DNA of 48,195 bases from Aplysia californica (taxonomy: Eukaryota): contig NW_004797386.1 in the NCBI RefSeq assembly GCF_000002075.1, positions 1,232,054 to 1,280,248 on the forward strand. The letters run 5' to 3'. A program made the translations under genes and the position numbers. This document shows positions 1 through 13,400 of the stretch, one piece after another. A model generated the notes under the pieces. That model was not told where the DNA came from. It was given only the letters and a program-made list of their open reading frames with translations, and made no database searches. Within the stretch, counting starts at the first letter, position 1; every line of letters begins with the position of its first letter.

Positions 1-55
<55 letters not shown>

Positions 56-321
56 GAAAGGGAGAGAGTGCAAGCACACAAAGAGAGGGGAAGGGGCAGA
101 ATCAGAAAGAGAAAGATGGATGCGAGAGATATAGACAGANNNNNNNNNNNNNNNNNNNNNNNNNNNNNNNNNNNNNNNNNNNNNNNNNNNNNNNNNNNNN
201 NNNNNNNNNNNNNNNNNNNNNNNNNNNNNNNNNNNNNNNNNNNNNNNNNNNNNNNNNNNNNNNNNNNNNNNNNNNNNNNNNNNNNNNNNNNNNNNNNNNN
301 NNNNNNNNNAGACAGAGACAG

Positions 322-380
<59 letters not shown>
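1..380. repeat. (AGAC)n and (GA)n microsatellites around an assembly gap
   Basis: Directly visible. Confidence 0.95.
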
Positions 381-383
<3 letters not shown>

Positions 384-713
384 ATTTAGCGAATAAAAAG
401 ATGATGTGGTAAACAGACTGAAGCAAACAAACAAACAAACAATCAAACAGACAGACAAACAAGTACGAGATATAAGGAGACAAACAAATAAACACACCGA
501 ACAACTAACAATCAATCAAACACAATCAAATACAAGTGTCTTTGTTTATACAGTTAATCTTAGGATTTCCCTCTAGCCTCTACTGTTGCGAATAAAAAAG
601 CAACACCCCCCCCCCTAAAAAATCAACAACCAAACAACAACAACAAAAACATTTATTTCGTAGTAGGCCTATAGGCTATTCCAGAACCTCAATTCATTTA
701 TTATTATAATCAG

Positions 714-2321
714 ATTGTCAGAATCCAGGTGAGTACAAAAATGTCTACCAACACAACATTTCAAGACAGTTTTACTTTTAGTAAGGTTTTACGGCGCTCG
801 CAAGTGCATATGGTCATATTATGAGCGCCAAGGGGTGGATATGTCAACAAAGAAGTCCAAACTGGGAATCAAGCTTACTCTGCTCACCTCTCTAGTCTCA
901 ACAGCACAAGGTCTGCTTCGACTATCAAGGCACCCCGGAAATAGCAGTTCACAAGAGAGTGACACATACAAAAGAAGTAAAGAAAAAACGAAGATAGTAA
1001 GGGTGAGGAAAGAAAAAAGCAGCAGTTCCCCCTATAATATGTTGTTTCGTCAGAGTATTGTATGAACATGACATTGATAAAAATAAATCAGCCCATTTAC
1101 AATTCTACTGTGCCCCTTTGGAAATGGCCTGAAGACAACTTCAGTCAGTAGCACTGCCGGGNNNNNNNNNNNNNNNNNNNNNNNNNNNNNNNNNNNNNNN
1201 NNNNNNNNNNNNNNNNNNNNNNNNNNNNNNNNNNNNNNNNNNNNNNNNNNNNNNNNNNNNNNNNNNNNNNNNNNNNNNNNNNNNNNNNNNNNNNNNNNNN
1301 NNNNNNNNNNNNNNNNNNNNNNNNNNNNGAAAAAGTCGACGTACAAAATAATAAACGTAGAGTGATTTTGAAGGTCGCCAGTCGAATGACCGGATGTGTG
1401 AGGAATGCAATAATGGCAAGGAGTTTAATAATAATAATAATAAATAATAAATGACATTTATATAGCGCTCAACCCCGAATAAAGCACACAGGCTCTGAGC
1501 GCTTTACAATACAGTACAACGTACAATAGTAACATAAAACGTTGTGTTCTGACTAAAGAAAATTATTCCAAATATTCATCTTATTAATTTAAAAACAGAA
1601 ACGACTTCAGCTGACATTTGAATGAATCAAAAGATTTGATCTCTCCACAGAATTCTACACTTAGTGTAGAATTCTGTGGATCTCTCTCAAAGTACTTGGT
1701 AAAGCATTCCAGATCTTGGGGCCATGGTATTCAAATGCCCGTTCAGTGTTCACCCATTGTTTTAAGTTTCATAGATGGTAAAATACATTTCTTTTTGTCA
1801 GCTGATGACCTTAAACTGCGAGTTGGAAAGTACAGTCTTAACAGATTTGATAAATATGATGGTGCATTATCATTCTAACATTTGTGACATATGAAGGCCA
1901 ACTTGTACACAATCCTTTTCTCAACAGGAGGCCAAGGCAAAGTTCGTAAAAGAGGTTTAGCAGAGTCTCGCTTTCTTTTCCGTAAAACTAAACATGCTGC
2001 ATTGTTTCGGACAGTTTGAAGTCTTTAAACTTTCTCCAGCGATACAGTAGTTCTAAGCTCCTTGGATAATAGACAGTGTAGATTTGGAATCGTCGACTGA
2101 AAACGCGTAATTGGTTTTGAGGCGACGAGTCGGGCGATCGGTTTGTGCCACGATAGCCGCTTTGCGCTCTCAAGCTGGCGAGCAAACCGACAACACCGAT
2201 CCGATCCGATCGTGCCAATGGACACCCGGTACAGATATTAATAGAAATATATCGCCAGTTGTCTTGTGTGTAGGATTCAAGACCTCTCAACACAGTAACC
2301 TACGATGCTGTCGGCACTTGA
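714..2321 (+). CDS. Possible last two exons (714-728 and 2274-2321) of an unidentified gene entering from the left edge
   Basis: aatcag|ATTGTCAGAATCCAG|gtgagt (15 nt) and cttgtgtgtag|GAT...ACT TGA. In phase 0 these read IVRIQ-DSRPLNTVTYDAVGT*. No homology recognised. Confidence 0.3.
1426..2010 (-). mobile_element. L2/CR1-like LINE 3' fragment
   Basis: Minus-strand translation AKPLLRTLPWPPVEKRIVYKLAF...APSYLS (LHWLPV-type motif). 3' stem GCGCTCAGAG...GAGCGCTATATAAATG plus (ATT)n tail. A near-identical 3' copy lies at 46482-46647. Confidence 0.8.
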
Positions 2322-3679
2322 AACCGTTAAAAAAGGAATGGATGTTTGTTTGTTTTATTTAGTAGACGAGTGGTGTTACGGCGCTCGTAACTGTATAAGG
2401 TCATAAGAGCGCCAAGGTGTGGATGTCGACAGAGAAGTCCTTACAGGGAATCAGACTTACTCTGGTCACCTCTCTAGCTTCAACAGCACAAAGTCTGCCT
2501 CGACTATCAAGGCACCCCGGAAATAGCGGGTCACAAGAGTATGACAAACATACAAAAGAAGTAGAGGTAAAATGAGGATAGTAAGGATTAGAAAAGAAAA
2601 AGCAGCAGTTCCCTGTTGCAGTTCAAGCACAGTTATGAGCATGACATTGACGAATCAGCCCATTTACAATTACAATTCTACTGTGCTTAAGTGAATGTGT
2701 TGTAAATGGAAAGTTTTGCGTTCAGTAACTTCGTGCTCTGGTCAACGTTTTTTCCCCCCCCCCCTTCTATTATTAGCATTATTGTCAAATCTGACACAAA
2801 GATCGGGTTTTATTAGTTTTAGTAAGAGTTTTACGGCACTCGCCACACAATAAGGTCATATAAGAGCCGAAGATTAGAAGTGTTACAAGAGAGTAACAAA
2901 CACAAAAAAGAAGGAGGATAGATAAAGACGATAGATGTGTGATAGGAAAGCAGAAGCAAACCACACCAGAGCACCCGCCAGCCACCCATACAAAGATCGT
3001 GTATACATAGTAGAGAATCTTTGAGAGACACAACAAGGAGGGCTATTTCCAAGTGTAGTGTGCACAGAAGCTGTCATTATTTGTGAGGCAGAGTGGTGAA
3101 ATCAGGCAAAATAATGAAACTGAAGAAACTGGCTTTTTCCGCAGATTTGGGAATTTTTATATTTTGACTCAACACCTTCCATGTCCATTAAAGAACACAT
3201 TTCTGCGTGGATATCCCTGAAAATGTTGATTAAACTTATAAAACGTGTAAATTTTCTGTATAGACAAGTATATTTATTCTACTTTGATAACGTATACTTG
3301 ACAAATACTGATGTGACAGAACAAAGAAAAAACTTGTTGACTAGATAGACAAATAGATTAGTTTAATGAAAAAATAATCATAATACATACATCATACATG
3401 ATATATCAGCAAATACAGACGTGCGTGTGCAGAGACTTTCACCCTCCTTACAACAAACATCCTTTTGTAGCACACTGTTGTTTTTAGTTTTAGTAAGAGT
3501 TTTACGGTATTTGCAACACAATAAGGTCATAAAAGTGCCAACGATTAGAGGTGTTACAAGAGAGTAACGAACACCGAAAAGGAGGGGAGATAAGGACAAT
3601 AGATGTTTGATAGGAAAGAAGAGGCAAACCACACCAGAGCACCTGCTGTTTATTTTGAGAATCGCACAACAAGGCGTCT

Positions 3680-4254
3680 AACACCCAGAGCACACTGCCG
3701 ATTGGATCCATCGGATTGAGTTGCGGCCAGCCAGATTTTCCTTCATGTATGGAGGGGGNNNNNNNNNNNNNNNNNNNNNNNNNNNNNNNNNNNNNNNNNN
3801 NNNNNNNNNNNNNNNNNNNNNNNNNNNNNNNNNNNNNNNNNNNNNNNNNNNNNNNNNNCGGCGGCGGCAAAAGCTACCATTTTGGCATAATAAAATACGA
3901 CCTGATTCGAATCACCATCTTGAAATTGAAAAATATAAGCATTTGATTTTGAAAGTTATTTATAATCAAATATAGTTGACATCTGTCATATGTGGTAAAA
4001 AATGGTAGCTTTTGCTCTATCCTGTCACCCATGTGTTCAAATTCTCTAAGTAAGTTTTTACCCTGTCACTCATGTGTTCAAATCGAAATTGAAAAATAAA
4101 AGCATTTGATTTTGTAAGTAAGAATCGAATTTAGCAGAATTCTGTCACATGTGGTAAAAAATGGTAGCCTTTGCTCCATCCACAAAGGAACATCTGACTG
4201 GCCCCCGACTCAATCTGCCGATGAATCCGACTGGTAGCATGAGCACCGGGCGTA
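3680..4254. mobile_element. Non-autonomous DNA element with long diverged inverted ends and internal direct repeats
   Basis: 3690-3757 is the inverted counterpart of 4175-4250. Internal repeat TCTGTCAYATGTGGTAAAAAATGGTAGC x2. Partial copy at ~5628-5713. Confidence 0.55.
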
Positions 4255-4261
4255 ATCATTT

Positions 4262-4701
4262 GTGAGGCATCGTGGTGAAATCAGGCGCTCAACAAAATAA
4301 AGAAATTAGAGACACAGGCATTTGTCTGCCAGTTTGGCAATTTTTAGCGAATTTTTGTTTTTTGGCTCAACTCCATTTATGTCAATATAAAAACATGTTT
4401 CCATGTGAATTTTACAGAAAAACGTTGCTTAAAGGCACAAAATATGTCATTTTTCTATTTTCAAGGACTCTTTAGCTATTGGATTTACCAAACTCTGGTT
4501 GCCATTCTCTCGCTAAATTCACCACTGAAACCAGGAGACCTCACCTCTTTCAATTGCAAATATCTTGATTTCTATTCAAGATAAGTTGGGTTTTTTTTTT
4601 TCACTGAAAGCAACGCAAATAAAATATAAGCTTTCAGATGATACCAATAACTCTACATGCCCAAAAACCGACGAGCGCCTGATTCGACCACGCCGCGATA
4701 C
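4262..4701. mobile_element. MITE with ATTT TSD; partial copies at ~3080-3250, ~7640-8015, ~21970-22172, ~23220-23355, ~35085-35260
   Basis: ATTT|GTGAGGCATCGTGGTGAAATCAGGCGCTC...GAGCGCCTGATTCGACCACGCCGCGATAC|ATTT. Confidence 0.75.
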
Positions 4702-6165
4702 ATTTGTCCCCAGGTGGCACTGCCAATCTCCTGCTGTGGCAAATCCCCGGAACCTGCAGGTCTTTACAGTAGTGTTTCAAAAGGAGGAAACATTTTTTTT
4801 CGTAAGAGTTTTACGACACTTGCAGCACAACAAGGTCATATAAGTGCCCAAGAATAAATGTGTTACAAGAGAGTAACATACATAAGAAAGGAGGGGAGAT
4901 AAAGACGATAAACGTTTGATAGGAAAGAAGAAGCAAACCACACCAGAGCACCCGCCAACAACTACACTCTGATGACTTGACAATAAATAATTCAAATAAA
5001 ACATATATATATTATATCAGAACAGACCAACTATCAAAAATGGCATTCACTCGTTCAAGTGCACATTCCAAAAAAACTTGACGTCAAGCACAATAAAAAT
5101 TCATCAACACAATTGACAATACAGATGATGAGAAAAGGAACACAAAGACACATTAAAAAGTGATATAAAAGTGCTGGGGGAAGGCAAGGATTACCTGTCA
5201 GTTGGAGCTAAAGACCTAACACATACAGACAAAAGTGAGACGTGTGGACAAAATGAGTTACTTCTCGCAATCCGGAAATGGAGATATCGGCCAAAAATTG
5301 ACATTAGGCTCAAATTTGTAGATTTTCCATTGATGCCATATTCTTTAAGCATGGCATGCCTTTTATTATTTCATACTTATAAATTGTAAAAGCTTCACCT
5401 CTATAAGTGTGATGTACTGATTTCATAGGGCTTGAATTCGAGATGTAACTAATTTTGTCAGCAAGCTTCACAAATATATTAGCTTCCATGGCGATAAATG
5501 TACACAATAACCCTCTCCAATCATCATAGAGAGAAATATGGCAAGTAAGAAGTAGGTTGCAGTAGTGCACAGCAAATTCAACGAAACTTGGCTGTGACCT
5601 TCAAAATGAAATCAGTTGTATTGTGCCAAAATGGTAGTTTTGCCCATCCATAAAAGACATTCTGGCAGGCCACTACTCAATCAAACGAATCCGACTGGCA
5701 GTCTGTACTGTGTATAAGCTGTTGTACCTAGGGCCAGAGGTTAGGCCAGTTACTTACTGCAGATAAACAAGTGAAGACTACAGGGGAAAAAGGACGGCAG
5801 TCTCAAACTGAAAATCGTGAGGGGAACCAATTTTGAACGCTTGTTGACTCAAAACTGTATTTCTGTTCAACTGTTGGTTGATTACTGTCGTTAGATTTCC
5901 CATCCAACAACATTTAACAATAAACAACCAGTCAAACAAATATGAAGTTAGGAGTCCACAAGCTTTTAAAATTGGCACCCTCACAAATTCCAGTTTGTGA
6001 CTACAGTCGTCTTTCCCCCTGTAGACTTCAAGCGGGTTGTGATTGAAAAAAAACCAACACCAAAGAGTTCTGATCGAGTACAATCACTCCAGCGACTCCA
6101 TGATACACGACGTGTAGGCCTATGGTGACTATCACAGTGTAAGTACAGGAGAGGGCTCGGCAATT

Positions 6166-6414
6166 CTGCCGTGCCAAGGCAGACCGACGTATCTGCAAAA
6201 ATTAATTTTTGCATCTCCATTTAGATTAAATGGACGCCTATACTCATTCTGCATCTTGTGTCTTAGACAAAAAGACGTATCTGCACTACAAATAGGATAT
6301 TTCACTATGGCAAAAACACGTAACTGAAGGGCAATGCCCATATTTCCAATGGCAACGCAACGTAACTCAAAATCATAAAAAGTGCAGACACGTCGCTCTG
6401 CCTTGGCACGGAAG
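6166..6414. mobile_element. MITE with ~33-bp TIR and AATT TSD
   Basis: AATT|CTGCCGTGCCAAGGCAGACCGACGTATCTGCA...TGCAGACACGTCGCTCTGCCTTGGCACGGAAG|AATT. Confidence 0.8.
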
Positions 6415-7415
6415 AATTAACGCCTGCTCCAACCAACTGACTGACTGACAGAACATAACAACAGGAGATTCGTGTGTGCAGAACCCTTTAGAAAAAGTAC
6501 AGTGAGCGTGGTCAAGACACAGAAAGAGGCTGTCCCCGTTGTTTTATGCACCACGCATACTTAAGCAAAATTTGATCATTTTCCGCATTATTTCTGATTG
6601 TTTTCCTTTATCATTCTTCGTTAAAATAAACAGAATCGCATAATTTCACATTTTTGGGCTCAGTTTGTATAATTTCAGAATTTTTCTTGCATAAAAAGAT
6701 GGGGACAGAAGAGGGCTGGGAGGATGTGTAACTGTCCAAACATTACAGTGTCTTTTTAAAAAAAGTTTTAGTAAGAGTTTTACGGCATTTGCAACACAAT
6801 AAGGTAATATAAATAAGGTAATATAAGAGCTGAAGATTAGAGGTGTTACAAGAGAGTAACAAACAGAAAAAAGAAGGGAGATAAAGACTATAGATGTTTG
6901 ATAGGAAAGAAGAAGCAAGCCACACCAGAGCACCCGCCAACCACCCACACAGTGCCTGTTTGCTTGAGTAAAGAGAATTACGAACATCGACACAATATAT
7001 ATGAAAAATTTAGTGCTTGGAAAATGGACAGATGGAAACAACAGAGAGAAAGAATAGAAGTAGGACCTGACAGAGGCGCCCTCCAACCACCCGCCATTAC
7101 AGTAGTGCGACAGAATGACAACTATTCATCACTTCATCTCCTTACAGTAAACAAAGGTGAGTCTTGTTTAAGTTATGGTACATAAATTGCATTACTGAAT
7201 GTGTCAGTATTTGAAACAAACAAGCAATAGGACAAAAATAAATTATAAAACAACATAAATCCCCAACATCCCCCCCTCCCCTCCAAAAATAAACACACAA
7301 AAGGAAAAAATAGCCAATCGTCCCCTGCCCACCCCCCCCCCCCCAAGGGTGAGTAGAAAGTATCATTCTATGTCGTCCCCTGCCCCCCCCTGAGGTTGAG
7401 AAATCGTAGAAAGTA

Positions 7416-10400
7416 TCAGTCGATGTCGAAGTCGCTGCCACTGTCCTCATCTTCCTGCAGGGCTCCTCGGATCTCCCCCGTGGTTTTGTCGCGGATCACG
7501 TACATCGACTCTTTGGACGGGAGGAAACTGTGCCTGGGGAGTAGAAAAAAAATACACGTAAGTATACGAGTGAATACATGTATACGGGTGGGGAAGAAAA
7601 ATATATATGCAAACAGGTGGGGAAGAAAAATACAAACGAGGTGCAGCATGGTGAAGTCAGGCACTCGTCAAAATAATGAAAGTGAAGAAACTGGCATTTT
7701 CCCGCAGGTTTGGGAATTTTAATTTTTTGGTGAAACTGTTTTAGGTCCAAAGAAAAACACATTTCCATGTGAATTTTACTGAAAAGCATTGATTAAAGGT
7801 ACAAATTATGTCCTTTTTCAGTATTCAAAGACTCTTTAGCTATAGGAGTTACCAAACTTTGGCAGCCATTTTCTCGATAATTTCACCACTGAAATCAGGC
7901 GACCTCACTTCCTTCAATCGCAAATATCTTGAATTCTATTCAAAATAAATGGATGTTCGTTTCACAAGAAGCAAGGCAAATAAATCCGCTTTCTGATGAT
8001 ACCAATAACTCCACATCTCTCCTCCTTCTCTTTTTTGCAGGCTACTCGGTAGAACCATCTCCAATCTTCGGCATTTATATGCATCCTAGTGTTGCAAGTG
8101 TTGTAACACTCCTACAAAAACATCAAACTGAACAAGAGCCGGGCTCCTTCACCAAAGCAACAGGCACTTATACAACCGTATTGTGGTGCAAGCGCCGTAA
8201 AACTCTTACTAAAACTAAAAAACAGGGATGTAATCAGGTTTTTGAAAAAAAAAGCCGGAAAAATATATGGTGCGCACGCACTGACTGAAATAAGAATACA
8301 GTGAGACAAAATTATATTTGTTTCTTTCCCTCTATTACATCAAATAATCTCTATTTAGTATATATATATTATGTATTATTTATAGCCATAATCAGACAGA
8401 CACCGGAACAATCAGTAGGATGCCTTGCGGGCTTTGGTGCTAGGGGGAACTGAGCACTTATGGACCTGTCCGGTGTGCAATGACGTTGTTGCCCAGGACA
8501 GGCAATACAGGCAATTATTTATAGTAGACTTCTGTTAAAAGCTGGGGCCCAAATGGCAAGTCGGCCGGAAAAACAGGAAAAAGCTGGAAGATTTACATCT
8601 CTAAAAAAAACGCAAAGCAACTTACTCCTGGAGAAAACTCTCGATATCGTTGGCGTAGAAATCGTCTCCAAACTCCTGGCCCAGCCTGATGAAGTTTCCG
8701 ATCAGCTCCTTGTTCTTGTAGACGAGCAATGCCGGCACTCCCTCCTCCGACTGGGGACGCAAACATCTGACGTGTGAGCTTTTTAAAATCTTTTTCTTTC
8801 GGGGATATGATCTGATTTTCATATTTTTTATATGATGTATTGTGGGCACCAGTTAGAAAAAAAACAAAGACGCAAAAAAGGAAAAAAAGGAAGGAGGAAA
8901 GAAAGAAGAAAAACAAAAGAAGGAAAGAAGGAAGAAAGCAAGAAATAAAGAAAGCATGAAAGCAATAAAGGATGAAAGAAAGAAAAGAAAGAAAGCAAGA
9001 AAGAAAGAAAAAAAGAAAGAAAGAAAAAAAGATGACAATTTCAAGGTCACAGAAAACTTATGAGAATGAAGGAGTAACGAGTATGATGTCCCTTTTCTGG
9101 GGAAGCAAGTATTTGGTTTATTATTTTATTGTTCTTTTTATTGAGGGGACTTGATTTGATTTTCATATATATCATATCGTGTATTGTGGTCACCAGTTAG
9201 AAAAAAAGAAAGAAGGAAAAAAGGAAGGATGAATGAAAGAAAGAGAGAAGAAAAAACAAAAGAAAGAAGAAAGCAAGAAAGAAAAAAAAAAGGACAATTT
9301 CATGTTCACAGAAAGCTTGTTAGAATGAAGGAGTAATGAGTACGATGTCCCTTTTCTGGGGAAGCAAGCATCCGGTTTATTATTTTATTGTTCTTTTTAC
9401 TGAGGGGACTTGATTTGATTTTTGTACTGTTTATTGTGGGCGTAGGTTAGAAAAAAAGAAATAAGGAAACAAGGGAAAAAAGGAAGCATGAAAGGAAGAA
9501 AAAAAGAAAGAAAGAAGGACAAAAGAAAGAAGAAAAACAAAAGAAGGGAAAAAAAAGCAAGAAAGAAAGAAAAAAAGAGGACAATATTCTGGTGAGAGAA
9601 AACTTATTAGAATGAAGGAGTAACGAGTCTGACGTCCATTTTCTGAAAATTGTTACAGGATAGAGATATGATTACTACAATTGGTCACTTTTAAGGACAA
9701 GTGGGCTAACCCAGATTTTGGGGGTTTCCAGAAATCTTGACCGACACCAAAAGTAGGCATTGCCCTACCTACTGGCGAAGTTTGGTTTCAATGGTGTGTT
9801 TATTTGCTTGGTTATAGAGAAAGCTCTCCTTGTATTTTAAAGAAGAGGCAAAACTTTACCTTCAATTTTCTCAAAACAGCATTTTTTCTGGATAGCACCC
9901 TTGTGCTTAAAAAAGCGACCAATTATACATGTGTCCCACTGTGTTGGGTTTTCGATTTTCTTGTTAAGATTTTGAGGTTATTGGTGGACTTTCAGAAAAA
10001 GGATATTCCACTGTGATAAGATGCAAAGCTGAGGAACTCAAAACAATCTCCTTCGAAAAAAGATGTTTCTATCAATTATATACTATGGCAAAACAAGTAA
10101 CAGCTTCATCACATTAACCAGACTGCAAAAAAACCCCAACCCAAAATGGAAGAGCCTTTCCCACAAGTAGTCGTTGTACATTTCGTTTCGAGCAATCCTC
10201 TGTAAAAGAAACCTCAAAAACAAAAACTGAAGAAGCGACTACACTTTTAACAATAGAATTCTCTTTAATTAAGTTTTTAAAAAACAAAAACAGCAGAACT
10301 AAACTGACGAGCGATTCATTAATTGTTTATTATTACAAATATAAAAAAACAAAAAACTTACAAATTTGAAACTCATCCGAGCGTCTGAAGCGGACAGGCG

Positions 10401-13400
10401 GCAGAACTTGATGGTTGGATACTCGTTGGCCAGGCAGCCCAGACACCCGTTCATCGTCTCACACGCAGGTACATGCTGACAATAGAGAAGACGAAAATAG
10501 TTACTGTTGGGTGTTGATTTTGCTATCAAAAGTATACATTTTAAAAAAAACCCACAAGTTAACAAAAAGTAAAAAAAAGTGGGTGGTTGGCGGTTGCTCT
10601 GGTGTGGTTTGCTTCTTCTTTCCTATCAAACATGTGTCGTCTTTATCTCCCCTCCTTCTTTTATGTGTTTATTACTCTCTTTTAACACCTCTAAACTTAT
10701 ATGACCTTATTGTGTTGCAAGTGCCGTAAAACTCTAACTAAAACTAAAACAAGTTAAAAAGTTATAAAGTTAGAGAATTCAGCATTGCCACTGCCACAGC
10801 TAAGTACGACGCCAACTAAGCATATAGTAAACAATACAGTCAAAATTGTCTAGGATGGCCCTCTTTTGTCGAGGAGTAAAGTTGTTTTAGTTAGTTTTAG
10901 AAGAGGTTTTACGACACTCTCAACTGCATAAGGTCATATATGAGTGCCAGAAGATTAAAGTTGTTATAAAAGAGTAACAAAAAAAAAAAAAAGAAGAAGG
11001 GTAAATAGTATGATAGATGTTTGACAGGAAAGAAGAAGCAAACCACACCCAGAGCACCCGCCAACCACCCACAAAAAATCTCTACCTAGAATTAGAAAAA
11101 TCTCTACCTAGAATTAGAAAAATCTCTACCTAGAATTAGACTATGTCATTCCTGAAAAAAAAAGGGAGCTATGATTTACCCATCAAAAATTGTTTATAAC
11201 GGACAACAGCGACGTACCTGTTCAAAGATGTGTACAATGATTGTGACACCTGGATTCTCCCCGTCCACTTCCTCCAGGAAATTGTGAGCGGTCAGGGAGA
11301 TGAGCTTGCCAAACTTTGGGCTGTCAGAAGAATTTAAAGAAAAAAGAAAGATGGACCACATATATATTGTACAGTGCAGGCTCTGATGCTGANNNNNNNN
11401 NNNNNNNNNNNNNNNNNNNNNNNNNNNNNNNNNNNNNNNNNNNNNNNNNNNNNNNNNNNNNNNNNNNNNNNNNNNNNNNNNNNNNNNNNNNNNNNNNNNN
11501 NNNNNNNNNNNNNNNNNNNNNNNNNNNNNNNNNNNNNNNNNNNNNNNNNNNNNNNNNNNNNNNNNNNNNNNNNNNNNNNNNNNNNNNNNNNNNNNNNNNN
11601 NNNNNNNNNNNNATTTAGACATATAATCTCTGTAATCTAAAAACAGAAATAACTTGAGCTGACTTTTGACACATCAGTGAACATAACATTGATCCTTGAG
11701 ATCCTTGCCAATACACCCAAAATTTTCAGGCATGTCTTGGCCTTCTAGTCCAGCAGGTAAAAATCGTTTCACTTCATGTGACATGTGAAGTTAGCGCATC
11801 TTCCCGACATTAAAATGGACAAAAATGATGTCATAAAGGGCCTTCCGACCACACTTGAAGATGAGGAGATTGAGCATGACTATGCGCCAATCTTACGACT
11901 TGAAGAGCTGAGTGTCTTCAGAGGAAGTGGCAGAACCAGCACGGTGCAGGGGATGGAAAGACGGGTTATTAACCAATAAAACACTGGAACAATCAGCAGA
12001 TGGACTCTAAGGTGGATATTGGAGCAGGGGAGCGGAGCACGTATAGCAATGCCCAGAGTGCTAGGATGTTGGTCCCAGGATCAACTAATCAAGTAAGAAA
12101 GTAATCAAGTTGACAATACACCCCAAATTTTCAGGCATGACTTGGGTCTTCTTGTCCTACAAGTAAAAATTATTTCACTTCATGTGACACGCGTAAAGTT
12201 AGCGCATCTTCCTGAGAGCAACAATTAGATCTAGAACAGAACGATTCACTTACATTTCTGCCAGAGCATGTCTCATCTCTTCTATCCTTTTCAGTCGATA
12301 TTCCTTGAGAAACTCATCTTCCAGATCTTCCAACTGCGCCAGAAATTCTGCATCTGCATCTTTCTCCTCCTCATCATTTAACTGATGAAAGAAAATTACA
12401 TTTGTAAACTAAAAAAACCCCCAAATAAACATAAATATATTTTTAAATACAAAGAAATACATACATACATAAAATGTAAAGTTGTTCCCGCATCCGATCC
12501 GGACATTGGGGATTGCCCTGTCAGTGAGACAACTTCTTGGGCCTTCGGCATATTGTGATAGGGTGGCCAGTTCCTTCCCCAACTCGAAGTCAGGTACCCA
12601 TTACTGCTGGGTGGACAGGAGGGGGCGAAAAAATATGTGTCCGAACCAAGGCTCGAGCCTTGACTTTCCGCTTCAGAGATGAGCGCACTAACCGCTTTGC
12701 CACCGCACCCTCACATACATACATAGAAGAATAAAAATTAAAAACTTGAAAATAGATTCCCTCTGTGCATGTTCCTCATCATGTGTGCTAGGTAGAGCGT
12801 ATGTTTTTATAAAAAGGGAATCAGTCCAAACAAAGGATAAAGCTACAAAGACAGTCCACGCTTGCATGCTAATTAAACACAAAAGTTGTTGTCATACATT
12901 AAAAATAACTTACATGAGATCGGCAAGTCAGAGTGAGTTTCTTTGCTAAACTCAGCTTGTCTTTCTCCTGTTCCTCTCTTTTCTCAGTCTCCAATCTCTT
13001 GAACTCTCTCCAGTCCTTCAGCACACCTTTGGGTCCAGTCTGAACATTTTTAGAAAAATAAAAAAAAGGGGGGAGGGGAGAAAATTAAAAATTAAGTGGG
13101 TGTGAAAAAAAAAGTTTGGGGCAAAAGATAAGACCCCCCCCCCTACTGACTTTATGTATTCCAATGAAGGATTTGGGCTTTGAGGTAAAATTCAAAAGCA
13201 ACTTGTGATGTCACATTTAAGAACCCCCCCCCCCCAACCTCTTAATAAAAATTGAAAACAATAACCTTCAGCCTCATTACAGATGCAGAGATGAATATGG
13301 TTATCTTCAAAAGCTTGGAGTTAAATCTGAACTGCAGCAAAACAAAACTGAAAAAAAAAAAAGATAATAATAATAATAGACTGCATTTATATATAGCGCT

